Shown in pieces: positions 27,101-36,672 of a stretch of DNA of 54,809 nucleotides; the stretch's first letter is position 1, and each line of letters opens with the position of its first letter. Location of the stretch: positions 1 to 54,809 of the IMG/VR virus record IMGVR_UViG_3300045988_019169. One strand, 5' to 3'. The DNA comes from a virus. Both the position numbers and the translations under genes were made by a program. The notes beneath the pieces were generated by a model. That model ran no database searches, was not told where the DNA came from, and saw nothing but the letters and a program-made list of their open reading frames with translations.

Positions 27101-28395
27101 CTTGGACTGCTTATTGTATTAGACAAATCACCCCATGAAACCTTAGACTGGTCAAGTATAGCAAGTACTCTTAACTGCTGCTTTTCCATCTGCGTCATTT
27201 CACTTATGGATTTTTCAACACCTAAGTTGTAAGCGTATGTCGCAAGTGTAGCATTGGTAATATCAATACCATACTTGTACAACGCCCTTGATTGACCGAT
27301 TAAGCCGCTTTGTAAGTTGGTGGCTACCGATGAGTAGTCAACATTAAAAAGAGAGCTTATATCGCCGGCAAGCATTGTCATTGACTTTGCTACCGCCGTG
27401 GTTGTCTCTCCTGTCTGTCCGAGTGAGTTAGTTACCGAAGCAAGCTGTGACGCAAACTCCGTAACCTCTTGGATATTCAAGCCCAAGTTCTTTGCGCCGT
27501 CTGCCGTGAGCAATCCACCTTCAACATCAACTTGCAGTCCCGAAAGCTTACCAAGCAATGCACTTACTCTGTCTGAAAAGCTGTTCGCATAATCAGTGGC
27601 ATTGTCATAGCCGAACTTCTCAAAGTCTTTGCCCCATTCGGAACCGATTTTGCCAAATGCAACCGCATAGTAGTTGAACGCCTCGATGTAGTCCGTGGTG
27701 CTTTCAATCGAAGTCCACAAGCCCTTAATGCCACGAACAACCATGAAGTATGAAGCGTAAAACTTACCGAACGCCTTAGCTAGTGACCATGTGCTTTTGG
27801 TTGCCGTCTGTGCGCTTCTCTGAACCCCATTTAGGCTTCTTTGAATTGTCCGTGAAGCAGAACCTACCCTTGACCCTTGGCTTGCTAAATTCGCCAATGC
27901 GTTAGTCATCTGGATGACGTTATTGCTTACTGTCGGTGCACTTGCAAGCGTTGTGAGCAAATTTGTAAGCGAAGTTGCCAACTGCGGCATGTTGGTAATT
28001 GAGGTCTGCACACTCTTGTTTCCGAGCTTGGATATGTTCTTTGCAACTTCACCAATCTGCGCCGCATTTTCAGACACCGCCGTAAACTGATTAAATGCGC
28101 TCGCCGTGGAATTAAGTGAGCTTGCAACCGTATTAAGTGCCGAACTGTCAACACTTGCTATTTTAGTGATGTTTTTTGCAAGCCTTGTAAAGCTTGCTGT
28201 GCCGACATCGTTTATCGACTTCATGGACGCGCCTAAATTATTGACATTCATAGCCAATGTACCAAGCTGTGAGCTGTTGACACTCCCTAATGCCGATGCA
28301 AGTATGCCAAGCTTAGTGATAAGGGTTTCAATGCTGTCATTTGCTTTTTTGGCGTTTGCTTGCAACCCAATCTCCAAGCTGTCAACTTCTGCCAT
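24106..28395 (-). CDS. tape measure protein
   Basis: 1429 aa, follows the G/GT chaperones, with a hydrophobic Gly/Ala-rich central segment. Confidence 0.9.
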   Translation of the reverse strand: MAEVDSLEIGLQANAKKANDSIETLITKLGILASALGSVNSSQLGTLAMNVNNLGASMKSINDVGTASFTRLAKNITKIASVDSSALNTVASSLNSTASAFNQFTAVSENAAQIGEVAKNISKLGNKSVQTSITNMPQLATSLTNLLTTLASAPTVSNNVIQMTNALANLASQGSRVGSASRTIQRSLNGVQRSAQTATKSTWSLAKAFGKFYASYFMVVRGIKGLWTSIESTTDYIEAFNYYAVAFGKIGSEWGKDFEKFGYDNATDYANSFSDRVSALLGKLSGLQVDVEGGLLTADGAKNLGLNIQEVTEFASQLASVTNSLGQTGETTTAVAKSMTMLAGDISSLFNVDYSSVATNLQSGLIGQSRALYKYGIDITNATLATYAYNLGVEKSISEMTQMEKQQLRVLAILDQSKVSWGDLSNTISSPSNMIRQFNTNIKETSMVLGQLFIPVLQKVMPVVNGTTIAIKRMLVGVASLMGVKIDFDAFGQNGYKDTTDGLEDMANGYDDVAKATDKAQKGVRGFDELENRTTGTSKSGASTGTGDTIDLTDEIVKATEEYEKVWNDAFDKMENKAEAWADKVQGFFERMFKPLKTWGGKVDWKKLKNGFNGILDFAKKFTVGTGTGFLDFIEGLSNIGAPAINLLGGAVEILFKALNLVPAPVWHTLGGALGGVATALLAFKAYSAIASGINTGLGKFADAILKISSAKPVSVGEGVGKLGTAIASLSTGGYVVLAVGALAAVAGAIISVEQAYDNMVDKFVDASVFDNQGTAISNIAQSVIELIDSTGTSSEDMTNFATELERVNTNLQNASEEVDNLKFRFDNLGLENVTDNDIENMKTAVGNLASALRDDLQVNSDMAWQALQNMSSQTAEQLGIDVGTMTTILSQFNAKFNGIYTDMETQANVIFDKILSGTATQADVDALNSLLDDMNYLSEAAIKRQVELENTVSDMMNINFGSVEETTKAIADITEAGQTKLNEVDEYYKSLMDRANEWKISTERALEIGRITPEEASTYLDWISQYKEAQSANWDEEKNNITSQISTTFDYIQSQVEKAGVEAFQNAQTKDWGIAELFKNPIQDVAKSFDKNTFKPISDALSKGMEALNIEPSKDNHLYQRWLENATLSENDVSGWAMRTANTLGNAILANSDITTKAFADMAGYDVSGYTDAMKKYEPKLNRLMIGVGDSLLNGLATSHDINSPSKEFAKLALYDVLGYNQGISNNTKQSLSAMQTYATKLLNGFQLALLKPITNIGVQTMSGFLNGLTSMEQSVYSKADEIAKNVAKTIQSALDIHSPSRVMFELGAYTTEGFKEGMESLYKPTELSVKDFGFGMVEAVHPQQLYSGYADYTPSVSTSTSTTTQNYYNTSSSVDNAETNALLREQNELLQRILAKEYGISKSDIGKASREYARDFFKRTGRDAYTF

Positions 28396-28434
28396 TCTCT
28401 CACCTCCTCGTCATAAAAATAAAAGCGGCACAGA

Positions 28435-29264
28435 TTACTCCGTACCGCCTCTTTCTCTCTTATTGCGTTCAAAGCTCTCTTGCATACCCATAAGCTGTGC
28501 AAGTAGCTCCTGTCTTTTTTGTTCTGCAAGCCGTTCTTGCTCCACTGGGTCTTGTGCAACATATATAGCCTGTTCAGGATATTCAACCTTATCCTTGCCC
28601 CATGCACCGCCTCTTGTACCGATGATGATAGCCGGCAAGCCGTATTGTCTTGTCCATAGCCATACTTCCCTGTCTCGTTCCTTGCGTCTAAGTTTCTCAC
28701 CCTCTAAGCAATAGCCTAAAGTTTTAGGTGTGAGTTTCTTGAACTCTTCAAGGCTTATGCCAATAGAAAACGCAAGCGGGAAGTATTCTTCCCATATCAG
28801 TTTGTGGAAATTTACTTCTTTCCCTTTGCTTTCTGCATCTGCTCCAGTTGCTCCGCCGCCGACTTGTTCATCTGCTCGATTGTCTCCTGAAGACCGCTCA
28901 AAACGAAAAAACCATCGTCCTCCATGCACTTCTTAATGTCATCAAATAACTGATAATAACCGTACTTGCTGTCGGTCTTTCTCTTATGTTTAATATATTC
29001 TCGTGTCAGAGCCTTAGCTTCTGCCTTAGTGACCTGATTATGCTGTAAGCAGCCGGCATAAAACGCCATGTGACATACCTCGCTATAATCAGCAACCATC
29101 TTACCGGCACCATTAGACATTGCGGTGATTGTGTTGCCGTTCTCCTTATAAATGTATGCTCCGGTCATATAATCGAACATCTTCTGCACGATGTCTTTAT
29201 TTTCTGCGGCATCAAAGCCAAACTCTAACTTATATTCCTTGTTATCAATATCAAATGTTATCAT
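28435..29264 (-). CDS. tail assembly chaperone GT (-1 frameshift product)
   Basis: G GGA AAG slippery heptamer 6 nt before the G stop. The -1 frame continues GKEVNFHKLIWEEYF.. to 28435. Confidence 0.75.
28812..29264 (-). CDS. tail assembly chaperone G
   Basis: Position between the major tail and tape measure genes; ends ..MQKAKGKK. Confidence 0.75.
   Translation of the reverse strand: MITFDIDNKEYKLEFGFDAAENKDIVQKMFDYMTGAYIYKENGNTITAMSNGAGKMVADYSEVCHMAFYAGCLQHNQVTKAEAKALTREYIKHKRKTDSKYGYYQLFDDIKKCMEDDGFFVLSGLQETIEQMNKSAAEQLEQMQKAKGKK
28818..28824 (-). promoter_or_regulatory. GGGAAAG -1 programmed frameshift site
   Basis: Read directly in the zero frame as G GGA AAG. Confidence 0.75.
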
Positions 29265-29416
29265 TATGCTCTCCTTTTCCTCCTATGCTTGCCATAGGAA
29301 AAGGGGCAGTCCGTAGACCGCCCTTCTCTGTCAAATAATCACTTACTTGCCATACATCGACAAGTAATCATCGGCTGTATCGTCATTCAGTACAGCCATA
29401 TTAGCTGAATGACTTA

Positions 29417-29893
29417 CTATTCCCCCGGTGTAAGCTCCACCTTTGTGTCAAGTCCTTTGTATTCCTCGATTGTAAGGTTGATTTCAACTGTTGCAAGACC
29501 ATTCTGGTCTGTTGATGGATGTGGAATCTCATCTGGCGGTTGAGCCACAACAAAAAAGCTCTTGGTCAAGCCCTTAAAAATCGTCTCGAACCACATTCTC
29601 TTGCCGCCGGTAAGAGCTTTATACGTTGTCATAAGAGCTTCCCATTCTGCTTCTGTCTCGTCTGTAAGATTGATTGTAACAGTCCATGTACCGCCTGTAT
29701 CTGCTCTACCCTTAATACTTCTTGTTACCATATCTTCAAGTGCTGATGCGTCGATGGTCTGTGGGTCAATAGTAATTCCCCCAATAGTATTAATTCTGGT
29801 AAGCTGTGTGAATGTTGTCGGCTTAGTTCCGGCTGTTGTTTCTGCGCCGTAACCAAACGTAACACCTAATGTAGATATACCTGCTACTGCCAT
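29417..29893 (-). CDS. major tail protein
   Basis: Position upstream of the chaperones; size and composition. Confidence 0.7.
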   Translation of the reverse strand: MAVAGISTLGVTFGYGAETTAGTKPTTFTQLTRINTIGGITIDPQTIDASALEDMVTRSIKGRADTGGTWTVTINLTDETEAEWEALMTTYKALTGGKRMWFETIFKGLTKSFFVVAQPPDEIPHPSTDQNGLATVEINLTIEEYKGLDTKVELTPGE

Positions 29894-29948
29894 TTTTTTG
29901 TCCTCCTATAAAAATGAAAATAAAAAAAGAGCCTTAAAAAGCTCTTAG

Positions 29949-30365
29949 TTATAACAATCTGTCATTTGCACCGATAACGCGCCCGAAACGCGCGGTGCTT
30001 CTGTAAATTTTGTCTGCGTATGAAGTTTCTGGCATCGGTTTAGCCTCGAACCGCATAGTCTTGAATACCTCAGCAATCTCACTCATCACCCAACGCACAT
30101 CCGAACTGCTTGTGTTAGTTGTGACATCAACTTGAAATGTGACAAGTAAGCCGTTAATGGATTGTCCGTCAATCGTTCGCCCTTGCTCTGTCGGTGCCAA
30201 CATGTGGATGTACACTGTTGGGAATGTCGGTGAACTGTCACTCTGCCCCTTGTCGGTAAACAGCAAGTTGGGGTATTTCTTCTTGATTGCTGAATATGTC
30301 TTAGCCTTGACAATCGAATATATTGTGCTTTCAATGTCATACGCCCATGCGTTTTCACTCGCCAT
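29949..30365 (-). CDS. tail terminator/completion protein
   Basis: Synteny. Confidence 0.5.
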   Translation of the reverse strand: MASENAWAYDIESTIYSIVKAKTYSAIKKKYPNLLFTDKGQSDSSPTFPTVYIHMLAPTEQGRTIDGQSINGLLVTFQVDVTTNTSSSDVRWVMSEIAEVFKTMRFEAKPMPETSYADKIYRSTARFGRVIGANDRLL

Positions 30366-30901
30366 TAGTCCTTGAATACCTCCTTTGCTGTGCTGATAAC
30401 GATTGACCTAAGCTCATTCGCTGTGTTGTACATGAACGGTCTTGACGGCATACCTTCTGTAAAGTACCAGTTGCCATCCTTACCCTTATAAAACCAACCA
30501 TAACGCCCATCGGCAAGCTGTCTGATTGTCTTACCACTTGCATACTCCCAAGTAACGCCCTCAGGCAATGTGCCTTTATATGGCTGTGCCTTGCCGATAA
30601 CGCCAGTTCCAAATTCAACAAAAACAGCGTGTGAGCTGTCTGCTACAACCGCCCATACGCCGCCACCTTTTACGCTTCCTTTATATTCAGAATGAATACT
30701 TGAAAGCAATTCAGTTGTGAATATTGCGTCAAGCTCCGCAACCTGTACTCTCGCAATCTCAACGCCTCTTTCTGCCAGTTTTTCCGCAAGTAGTTGACAT
30801 TTATATGTCAGATAATCTTGATAGCTCTGCAAGCCTTTTATTGCGTTCTCAATGGATTTCTGTGAAAATACATTAACAACAATCTTGTGCTTTGCCATCA
30901 C
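30365..30901 (-). CDS. HK97 gp10-like head-tail joining protein
   Basis: Synteny and N-terminal pattern. Confidence 0.5.
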   Translation of the reverse strand: MMAKHKIVVNVFSQKSIENAIKGLQSYQDYLTYKCQLLAEKLAERGVEIARVQVAELDAIFTTELLSSIHSEYKGSVKGGGVWAVVADSSHAVFVEFGTGVIGKAQPYKGTLPEGVTWEYASGKTIRQLADGRYGWFYKGKDGNWYFTEGMPSRPFMYNTANELRSIVISTAKEVFKD

Positions 30902-31362
30902 TTCACCTGAGCTTTCAGCATATATTTTGTGGAAGTCAAGGACGGTTTTACTCCGACAACAATGAAATCCGCTGTAATCTCGTCAACATGAACCTTGTCC
31001 TCGTCCTTGTAGCCAATTTCACTATCAAGCCATATAACATCACCTTTGCTCAATGGTAGCTCGTTGCGTTCCGTCAGCATAACTGCATCAAAGTCTGCCA
31101 CGTTAAAGCCATACTCTTCCGCCTCTGCTTCGCCGCCACTAAAGGCGATATTTGCTTTGAAAGCAACCGGCAGTGAATAGCCTATGTATTCCTCCTTGAT
31201 GCGCGGTATCTTATTACCATCGTCATCAAGATACGGAATAAAGTTACCTTCGCTGTCAGTGTAGCCCTCATAGATTATGTTGCCCTCACTGTCAGTCTCA
31301 TAAACAACTGTACGCTGTCCTTGCCGAGAATACTTCATGTTCTGCTTATTGATGTCAAGCAT
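30898..31362 (-). CDS. head closure / head-tail adaptor protein
   Basis: Synteny. Confidence 0.45.
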   Translation of the reverse strand: MLDINKQNMKYSRQGQRTVVYETDSEGNIIYEGYTDSEGNFIPYLDDDGNKIPRIKEEYIGYSLPVAFKANIAFSGGEAEAEEYGFNVADFDAVMLTERNELPLSKGDVIWLDSEIGYKDEDKVHVDEITADFIVVGVKPSLTSTKYMLKAQVK

Positions 31363-31630
31363 CTTTCTTTACCTGCTGCTTGTAAATCTGATTTACGCCT
31401 GTGCTTGACAGCCCCGACACTATGCCGACCGCAATAGCATTGAGAATGTCATTTGCCGGGAAATCAGGAATCACATACATACCGATAATACCTAAGATAC
31501 CGCCTGCAATACCTACGATTATGGGAATGTAGTTGTCCTTAATCTGTGGGATTGCCTTAACAGCTAACCCGATTAAGTAAGTGATAACAACGATTGCAAC
31601 TACTGTTGATACCTGTGTAATATCCATCAA
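31355..31630 (-). CDS. holin-like membrane protein (phi LC3/Hol44-like)
   Basis: Three hydrophobic segments and a charged tail: VVAIVVITYLIGLAV..IIVGIAGGILGIIGMYVI..IAVGIVSGLSSTGVNQIYKQQVKK. Confidence 0.6.
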   Translation of the reverse strand: MMDITQVSTVVAIVVITYLIGLAVKAIPQIKDNYIPIIVGIAGGILGIIGMYVIPDFPANDILNAIAVGIVSGLSSTGVNQIYKQQVKKDA

Positions 31631-31932
31631 TCCTTACCTCCTGCTTTGCCTAAATGTAATGCCTGTATCTCGTTATACATCTTCGTAACCATGCCGTTAC
31701 CACCTAATGCGTGGTATGCGTTGTACATCTCAACGAAATTGTCATACGCATAAGAAGGTATTTCACCCAACTTCATATATTTGTCGTGATATTCAATGAG
31801 TTGCACACGCAAGAGTAACATTGTTCCTTTGCTGTTTGCGTCCTTACCTTTCTTTTGCTGTTGCAAAAGCCATACTATATATCCGAGTATTACAGGTAAT
31901 GCGATTGTATATGTCTGCAATAAAAAATCCAT
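31627..31932 (-). CDS. single-TM protein (possible holin partner)
   Basis: MDFLLQTYTIALPVILGYIVWLLQQQKK; AGGAGAAAC Shine-Dalgarno. Confidence 0.45.
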   Translation of the reverse strand: MDFLLQTYTIALPVILGYIVWLLQQQKKGKDANSKGTMLLLRVQLIEYHDKYMKLGEIPSYAYDNFVEMYNAYHALGGNGMVTKMYNEIQALHLGKAGGKD

Positions 31933-32024
31933 TATGCTGTTTCTCCTGTAATCGTAAAATTGGCACACCGCCCACCACCCTTAAAGTGTGCCGCCTGCTA
32001 CCATATTGGTAACGCTCAATCTTC

Positions 32025-32387
32025 TTATAATACCTTAACGAATGGAATTACCCCGGCGAGTAAATTATTGCGGTCAACCCAATTACGGCTAATGCCGTTC
32101 TCGGAGTAACTTGCCATAAAGCTCTCACCAGCTTGCGAGTGGTCATACACCGTGAGGTTGACGATAACGCTCTCATACTTGGCTAAGTCATCATCAATTT
32201 GCTCTTGTGTATAACTGCTCGGATAATTCCTTATGTTGACAATCTCTTGCCTTGCCTGCTCAATAAGCTGTTCGATGTGCGGATTGTCCTCTAATTCATC
32301 CCATACCACAACACTAGCATTTTCGGTTGTCTCCATGTGATATTGTTTAAGCCTTATCTTGACCTGCTCTAATGTTGTGTATAGCAT
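32025..32387 (-). CDS. gp6-like head-tail connector
   Basis: MLYTTLEQVKIRLKQ.. pattern and synteny. Confidence 0.65.
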   Translation of the reverse strand: MLYTTLEQVKIRLKQYHMETTENASVVVWDELEDNPHIEQLIEQARQEIVNIRNYPSSYTQEQIDDDLAKYESVIVNLTVYDHSQAGESFMASYSENGISRNWVDRNNLLAGVIPFVKVL

Positions 32388-32395
32388 AAGCCCTC

Positions 32396-32743
32396 CTACA
32401 ATCCGAACTTCTCGATTAACAGCTTTTTAAGCTCCGCACCGCTTAACAGTTCTGCCCCACCGATACCCTGTGTCTTGGCAAGTTCCTGTAAGTCTGCTGT
32501 AGACATGCGGTTAATAGCAGTCTTTGTCAAGTCTTTATGAGCACTCTTAGGCAATTCCACAGGCGTTGCAGAATTGCTCCTTGCCTTGATAAGCGGTCTG
32601 CCGATTTTATTTTTATTGCTTGCAAGTTCCTCAATCCTTGCCTGACTAGGGTTTGCACCGAGGCGAGGGTATTCGTCCCCCACCTCGTATACATGATTAA
32701 GGTCTTGTAAATCTTTGAACCTGTAAACTACCTTATAGCCCAT
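32396..32743 (-). CDS. head-associated protein with C-terminal HeH/SAP-like motif
   Basis: Start at MGYKVVYRF after an AGGAGAG Shine-Dalgarno; ..SGAELKKLLIEKFGL. Confidence 0.5.
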   Translation of the reverse strand: MGYKVVYRFKDLQDLNHVYEVGDEYPRLGANPSQARIEELASNKNKIGRPLIKARSNSATPVELPKSAHKDLTKTAINRMSTADLQELAKTQGIGGAELLSGAELKKLLIEKFGL

Positions 32744-32753
32744 TTTGTCTCTC

Positions 32754-33623
32754 CTAAGCTGCTTCTGCCGTAATAGTTGACTTGATAATTCCGTCAAGTC
32801 TTTCAGCAAAAAGCACAATGCCGGAAACTACTGTGTCCGATGCTGTCATGTTTGTGTAATCAGGTGTCTCATGAATACCGATAAGACCTGTCTGGTCCGA
32901 TGTGAAGTCAAATGCCTCTCCAAGGTCAGCACCATTGACAGGAATATAATAAAGCACGATATTGTCCTTTGCCGTTGCATAGATAGTCTTCTGCGGCACC
33001 TTGCTGTCAAAAATAACAGTTCCAAGGTTGAGGAAATTCTCAACGTATGTCATGCCGAAAGCTGTCTGCAATGTAATAGGAGCCTTTGCGAGATAATCTG
33101 CAACATCAAGTGGGTTCATAAAGTATACAGCCTCGATGGAATCATCCTCGAACTTAACCTGTAACTGTCCCCATGCCTGAGCAAGTGCCGCCTGAAAGCC
33201 TTCTCCTGTTGCCGTTCCTGTACCTGTTCCAAGGAATGTGAAAAAATCGCTTCTAATGCCCTTCTGAACATCAAGCAACATTCTGTCAGTTGTCATCTGC
33301 ACTGCCTGGTCATAGCCGCCGCTAATAATCGCCTCTGCTGATGTTGCCTTTCTCCACTTCTTAAGAGTGATTTCCTCGTAAGGAACCGCTACTGTCTGAT
33401 ACTTGGAAAGTGGAATAGTTTCACCCTCTGCAACCTTTCCATCTACAAGTGTTCCTGTAGCCTTATAAGACTTCAATGTATAGCCTGCCTGCTTCGGAAT
33501 CTTCCTTGTTACTCCGAGTGCCTCAACTAATTTCTTGATGTTCTCACTAAAAATGTTTACAAACTCGACCTCTCTCGCTCTTACAAGGTCGGTCTTCTTG
33601 ATTAAATTTGCTTCTGCTGGCAT
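32754..33623 (-). CDS. major capsid protein
   Basis: Follows the scaffold gene; 289 aa. Confidence 0.8.
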   Translation of the reverse strand: MPAEANLIKKTDLVRAREVEFVNIFSENIKKLVEALGVTRKIPKQAGYTLKSYKATGTLVDGKVAEGETIPLSKYQTVAVPYEEITLKKWRKATSAEAIISGGYDQAVQMTTDRMLLDVQKGIRSDFFTFLGTGTGTATGEGFQAALAQAWGQLQVKFEDDSIEAVYFMNPLDVADYLAKAPITLQTAFGMTYVENFLNLGTVIFDSKVPQKTIYATAKDNIVLYYIPVNGADLGEAFDFTSDQTGLIGIHETPDYTNMTASDTVVSGIVLFAERLDGIIKSTITAEAA

Positions 33624-33634
33624 ATTTTTACCTC

Positions 33635-34201
33635 CTAATTAAATAATTCCATATTCATAGCAATGGCTCTTCTTCGCTCTGCTCTGTCAGGAATTGCCAT
33701 AATCTGTTCCTTGGTCATGCCGGAGTATTCGCCTCCGATGTTCATTCTAGGTCTTGACTTCATCCATTCCGTCTGTGCTTCTGCGACTGCTGCTTTCTTT
33801 TCAGCTTCTATGATTGCTGCTATGGCGTTATGGTCTGCATCCGAAACTGCATCAATCAGCTTCTCTATGGACTTTTCCGACACGCTCTTATAAGCATTAA
33901 CCGCCTTAATATGATTCAGTTCCTTAATGGCTTCCTCATACTTCTCATTCTGCAAGCGTTCAGCTTCTGCCTTGGCTTCTGCTTCCTGCTCTTCGGTGGT
34001 TTGCTTTGCTCTTAAAGCCTTGGTAAGCTCTCCTTTTTCCTTTAAAGCCTTATCAAGTGCCTGCTTTTCCTTGGCTCTGTCCGCCTTTTCTGTGGCAAGC
34101 TGTGCCATAAGCTCTTCAACTGTCGGTGTATCTTGCTTACCTTCGGTCGGCTGTGTGCCTGTTGGGTTTTCGGTTCCTGTTGATTTGGTTTCATCTGCCA
34201 T
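33635..34201 (-). CDS. scaffolding protein (DUF4355-like)
   Basis: Coiled-coil E/K/A-rich sequence between the portal and capsid genes. Confidence 0.75.
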   Translation of the reverse strand: MADETKSTGTENPTGTQPTEGKQDTPTVEELMAQLATEKADRAKEKQALDKALKEKGELTKALRAKQTTEEQEAEAKAEAERLQNEKYEEAIKELNHIKAVNAYKSVSEKSIEKLIDAVSDADHNAIAAIIEAEKKAAVAEAQTEWMKSRPRMNIGGEYSGMTKEQIMAIPDRAERRRAIAMNMELFN

Positions 34202-34325
34202 ATTTTTGTTACCTCACTTTTCTGTGTTTTCTTGACTTCTCTGTCTCTCTGTGTTTTACCCACTTCTCTGTGCATATAAAAAAGCTACCAAGATAAACTT
34301 GATAGCTCTTATTAACTAAAAATAT

Positions 34326-35882
34326 TTATTTGTTTGCCCTATTCTTATCAATCAAAGGGCTGTTGCCGACTTGGTCTGACAAGTCTTGCATTGTGCGGTC
34401 ACTGTTGACTGCATCATCCTTGATGTTACTCTTTTGTATTTTTTCAACTGTATCTTTGCTTGCCTCCCAAACTTCGTTAGGGTCGTCAAATACAGGAATC
34501 GCATTGATTACTTTACCGCCATTAAAGCCTGTCTTGACAAGTGTGGCTATGCTATTGACTTTAGTCGAAAGTTCATATAACTTCTGCCTCTTTATGTTTA
34601 TCTCAACATCGCTCAGGCTTATTTGCCTTAATGGGCTGTCTTGCGGAACATAAGGGCTATGCTTAATAGCTGCAAGGACAACCTCTAATTCGTCTATTTT
34701 GCAGCTCTCGGTTATCATTTGCTGCTTAGATGCCGCCGCCTCAGCATGGTCCCAACCCGATGCGTTATTTGCCGCAACGCCAGTTATGTTAGATGCGTTG
34801 CTGTTTGTTAGCGGAACATTACACTTTTCCAGTATCTTATCTCTTCGATACTGAATATTATTAAGCATTCCGGCATAATCATAATTGATAACGAGTGGTT
34901 CAACCTGTGGAGTTTTGCCGCTCGGTGTTGTATAGGTCTGTAACCATTCGCCGGACTTTGGCTTTCTAACAGTCTCTTCAACAGTCTGTGTGCCGTCCTC
35001 GTTGTCTGTTACCTTACGCTCTGTAGGAAACTCAACATCGTTTGTATGCCATACAGCTTGTGTATTCTGCTCGACATCGTTTGTAAAATCAGATATAAGC
35101 AAATTGAGATTATCCATTTCCGATAACTGATGTTCCCACACACCCATGCGGTCATAAGAGCGAAAATATTCAACTATCGGAATAACTCTTAGTGGATTTA
35201 TCTCACCACTTCTCTGACGATGCCTCCATGCTTCTTTCTTGGTGTAATCTCCGTTTGCAATCTCTTGGAGATTGACAACCTCAAATCGGTATTTTTTTGT
35301 AATACAAGTAAAATATGTATTGCCTGTCTTAACGCTGTGCCTGTAAGTAACCCCCATCATTGTACGCTTATCCGGGTAGTAACTTGACTTGACAACAAAT
35401 GATGTTCGCGGGTCTAACACATCAAGCTCAAAAAAGCTTTTTCCCGGTTCCCAATCCATGTTTACATCAATAAGCACATTGCATACAGCACCTATCTCAA
35501 CATATCTTCCAATCTCTTGTGTCTTAGCCTTGATTTTGGCAAGCTCGTATTGCTTATTAAGCTCCGATATGCCTTTAGCTACAACTTCGTTAATATCGTC
35601 ACCGTTCTGAACTAAACTTATCGGGTTGCCCCACGCATAAGAAGTCCAGAAATTAGAGACTTGATGAGCCACATTATCAGAGCACTCGCAATCAATGTCG
35701 GGTCTGTAAGTTTTTTTATGCTTTCGTATAATTGGTTGTTCTCCACCGTCATAATTGAGCAAGAACTGTATTCTGTTTGCGTTTTGGGCGTGTGCTGTGT
35801 AGACATTGCGCAACACATCTAAAACATTCTCGTATGTAATTTCCGGCTCTTCCGTAAATAAAATATTGCGTCCTGTCTGCAT
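34326..35882 (-). CDS. portal protein
   Basis: Start set at MQTGRNILFTEEPEI after AGGAGAAAG; size and synteny. Confidence 0.85.
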   Translation of the reverse strand: MQTGRNILFTEEPEITYENVLDVLRNVYTAHAQNANRIQFLLNYDGGEQPIIRKHKKTYRPDIDCECSDNVAHQVSNFWTSYAWGNPISLVQNGDDINEVVAKGISELNKQYELAKIKAKTQEIGRYVEIGAVCNVLIDVNMDWEPGKSFFELDVLDPRTSFVVKSSYYPDKRTMMGVTYRHSVKTGNTYFTCITKKYRFEVVNLQEIANGDYTKKEAWRHRQRSGEINPLRVIPIVEYFRSYDRMGVWEHQLSEMDNLNLLISDFTNDVEQNTQAVWHTNDVEFPTERKVTDNEDGTQTVEETVRKPKSGEWLQTYTTPSGKTPQVEPLVINYDYAGMLNNIQYRRDKILEKCNVPLTNSNASNITGVAANNASGWDHAEAAASKQQMITESCKIDELEVVLAAIKHSPYVPQDSPLRQISLSDVEINIKRQKLYELSTKVNSIATLVKTGFNGGKVINAIPVFDDPNEVWEASKDTVEKIQKSNIKDDAVNSDRTMQDLSDQVGNSPLIDKNRANK

Positions 35883-35893
35883 ATTGCTTTCTC

Positions 35894-36091
35894 CTAAAGA
35901 TATGTCATGCCGCTTGCTGTTTTCCTTGGAGCCCATGGCTTTATGTCCGTAATGCCTGTATTTGTGTAATACACAACCTTTTTGTGGCACTTACGGCAAC
36001 CGACTATTATATTCCCTGAATATTTTCCGTCCCACTCCGCAACCCGGCGGTGGCATTGTGGACAGTATATTTTCTTTTTATCGTTTCCCAT
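35894..36091 (-). CDS. Com-like zinc-finger protein
   Basis: IYCPQCHRRVAEWDGKYSGNIIVGCRKCHKKV. Confidence 0.4.
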   Translation of the reverse strand: MGNDKKKIYCPQCHRRVAEWDGKYSGNIIVGCRKCHKKVVYYTNTGITDIKPWAPRKTASGMTYL

Positions 36092-36223
36092 AATTTCCTT
36101 TCACGCAAAAAAGCACCGCCATTAAGACGATGCTTTCCCTAAGAGGAGTGAATATTAAGCTCTTGAACGAACTTTTTTCAAGTATAACTATAACATATCG
36201 TCAAGCGGACATATCGGACAACT

Positions 36224-36661
36224 TTAGTTGCTTTTCAGAAACCTCTCGCATGCTTTCCTCACGCTGTCCTCTGTATTGCCACCGCCGATATGGTCCGCAA
36301 CCTTATTCCATGACATATTTTCGAGGTACCTGAGATTTATTATCCTTCTCATGCGGCTATCAGGTATGCTTGCAATAAACTGTTCGACTTCGTTTGTCTT
36401 TGTAAGCAAATCATCTTCAAGCAGTTGTAAAGTGGTTTTCCTTGAATAAAGCAAAGTCTTTTTGCGACTATATTCAGGATACGGAATGCCCTCGATTCGG
36501 AAATGTTGCGTTCCACCAAATCCACCAGCGACACTGTCAACAACTTTCTCTCCGTCCTCTATCCTCTGAATATCTGCTTCTAATCGGTCAATTTTGGCTC
36601 TTACTTCCCTGATTTCATCTTTAATGTCAATGTATTGCGATAAGATACTTTTTGTCGTCAT
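36224..36661 (-). CDS. sigma-70 region-4-like / phage late transcriptional activator-like protein
   Basis: RMRRIINLRYLENMSWNKVADHIGGGNTEDSVRKACERFL. Confidence 0.55.
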   Translation of the reverse strand: MTTKSILSQYIDIKDEIREVRAKIDRLEADIQRIEDGEKVVDSVAGGFGGTQHFRIEGIPYPEYSRKKTLLYSRKTTLQLLEDDLLTKTNEVEQFIASIPDSRMRRIINLRYLENMSWNKVADHIGGGNTEDSVRKACERFLKSN

Positions 36662-36672
36662 TGTGTCACCTC

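Noticed and set aside
28106-28714. Long + strand ORFs opposite - strand genes (for example 28106-28714, 52169-52828, 12331-12834, 26459-26869, 16749-17216)
   Set aside because: These are shadow ORFs inside well-supported - strand genes (tape measure, regulators, 3D-domain protein, fibre). They have low-complexity S/L/C-rich translations and no Shine-Dalgarno.
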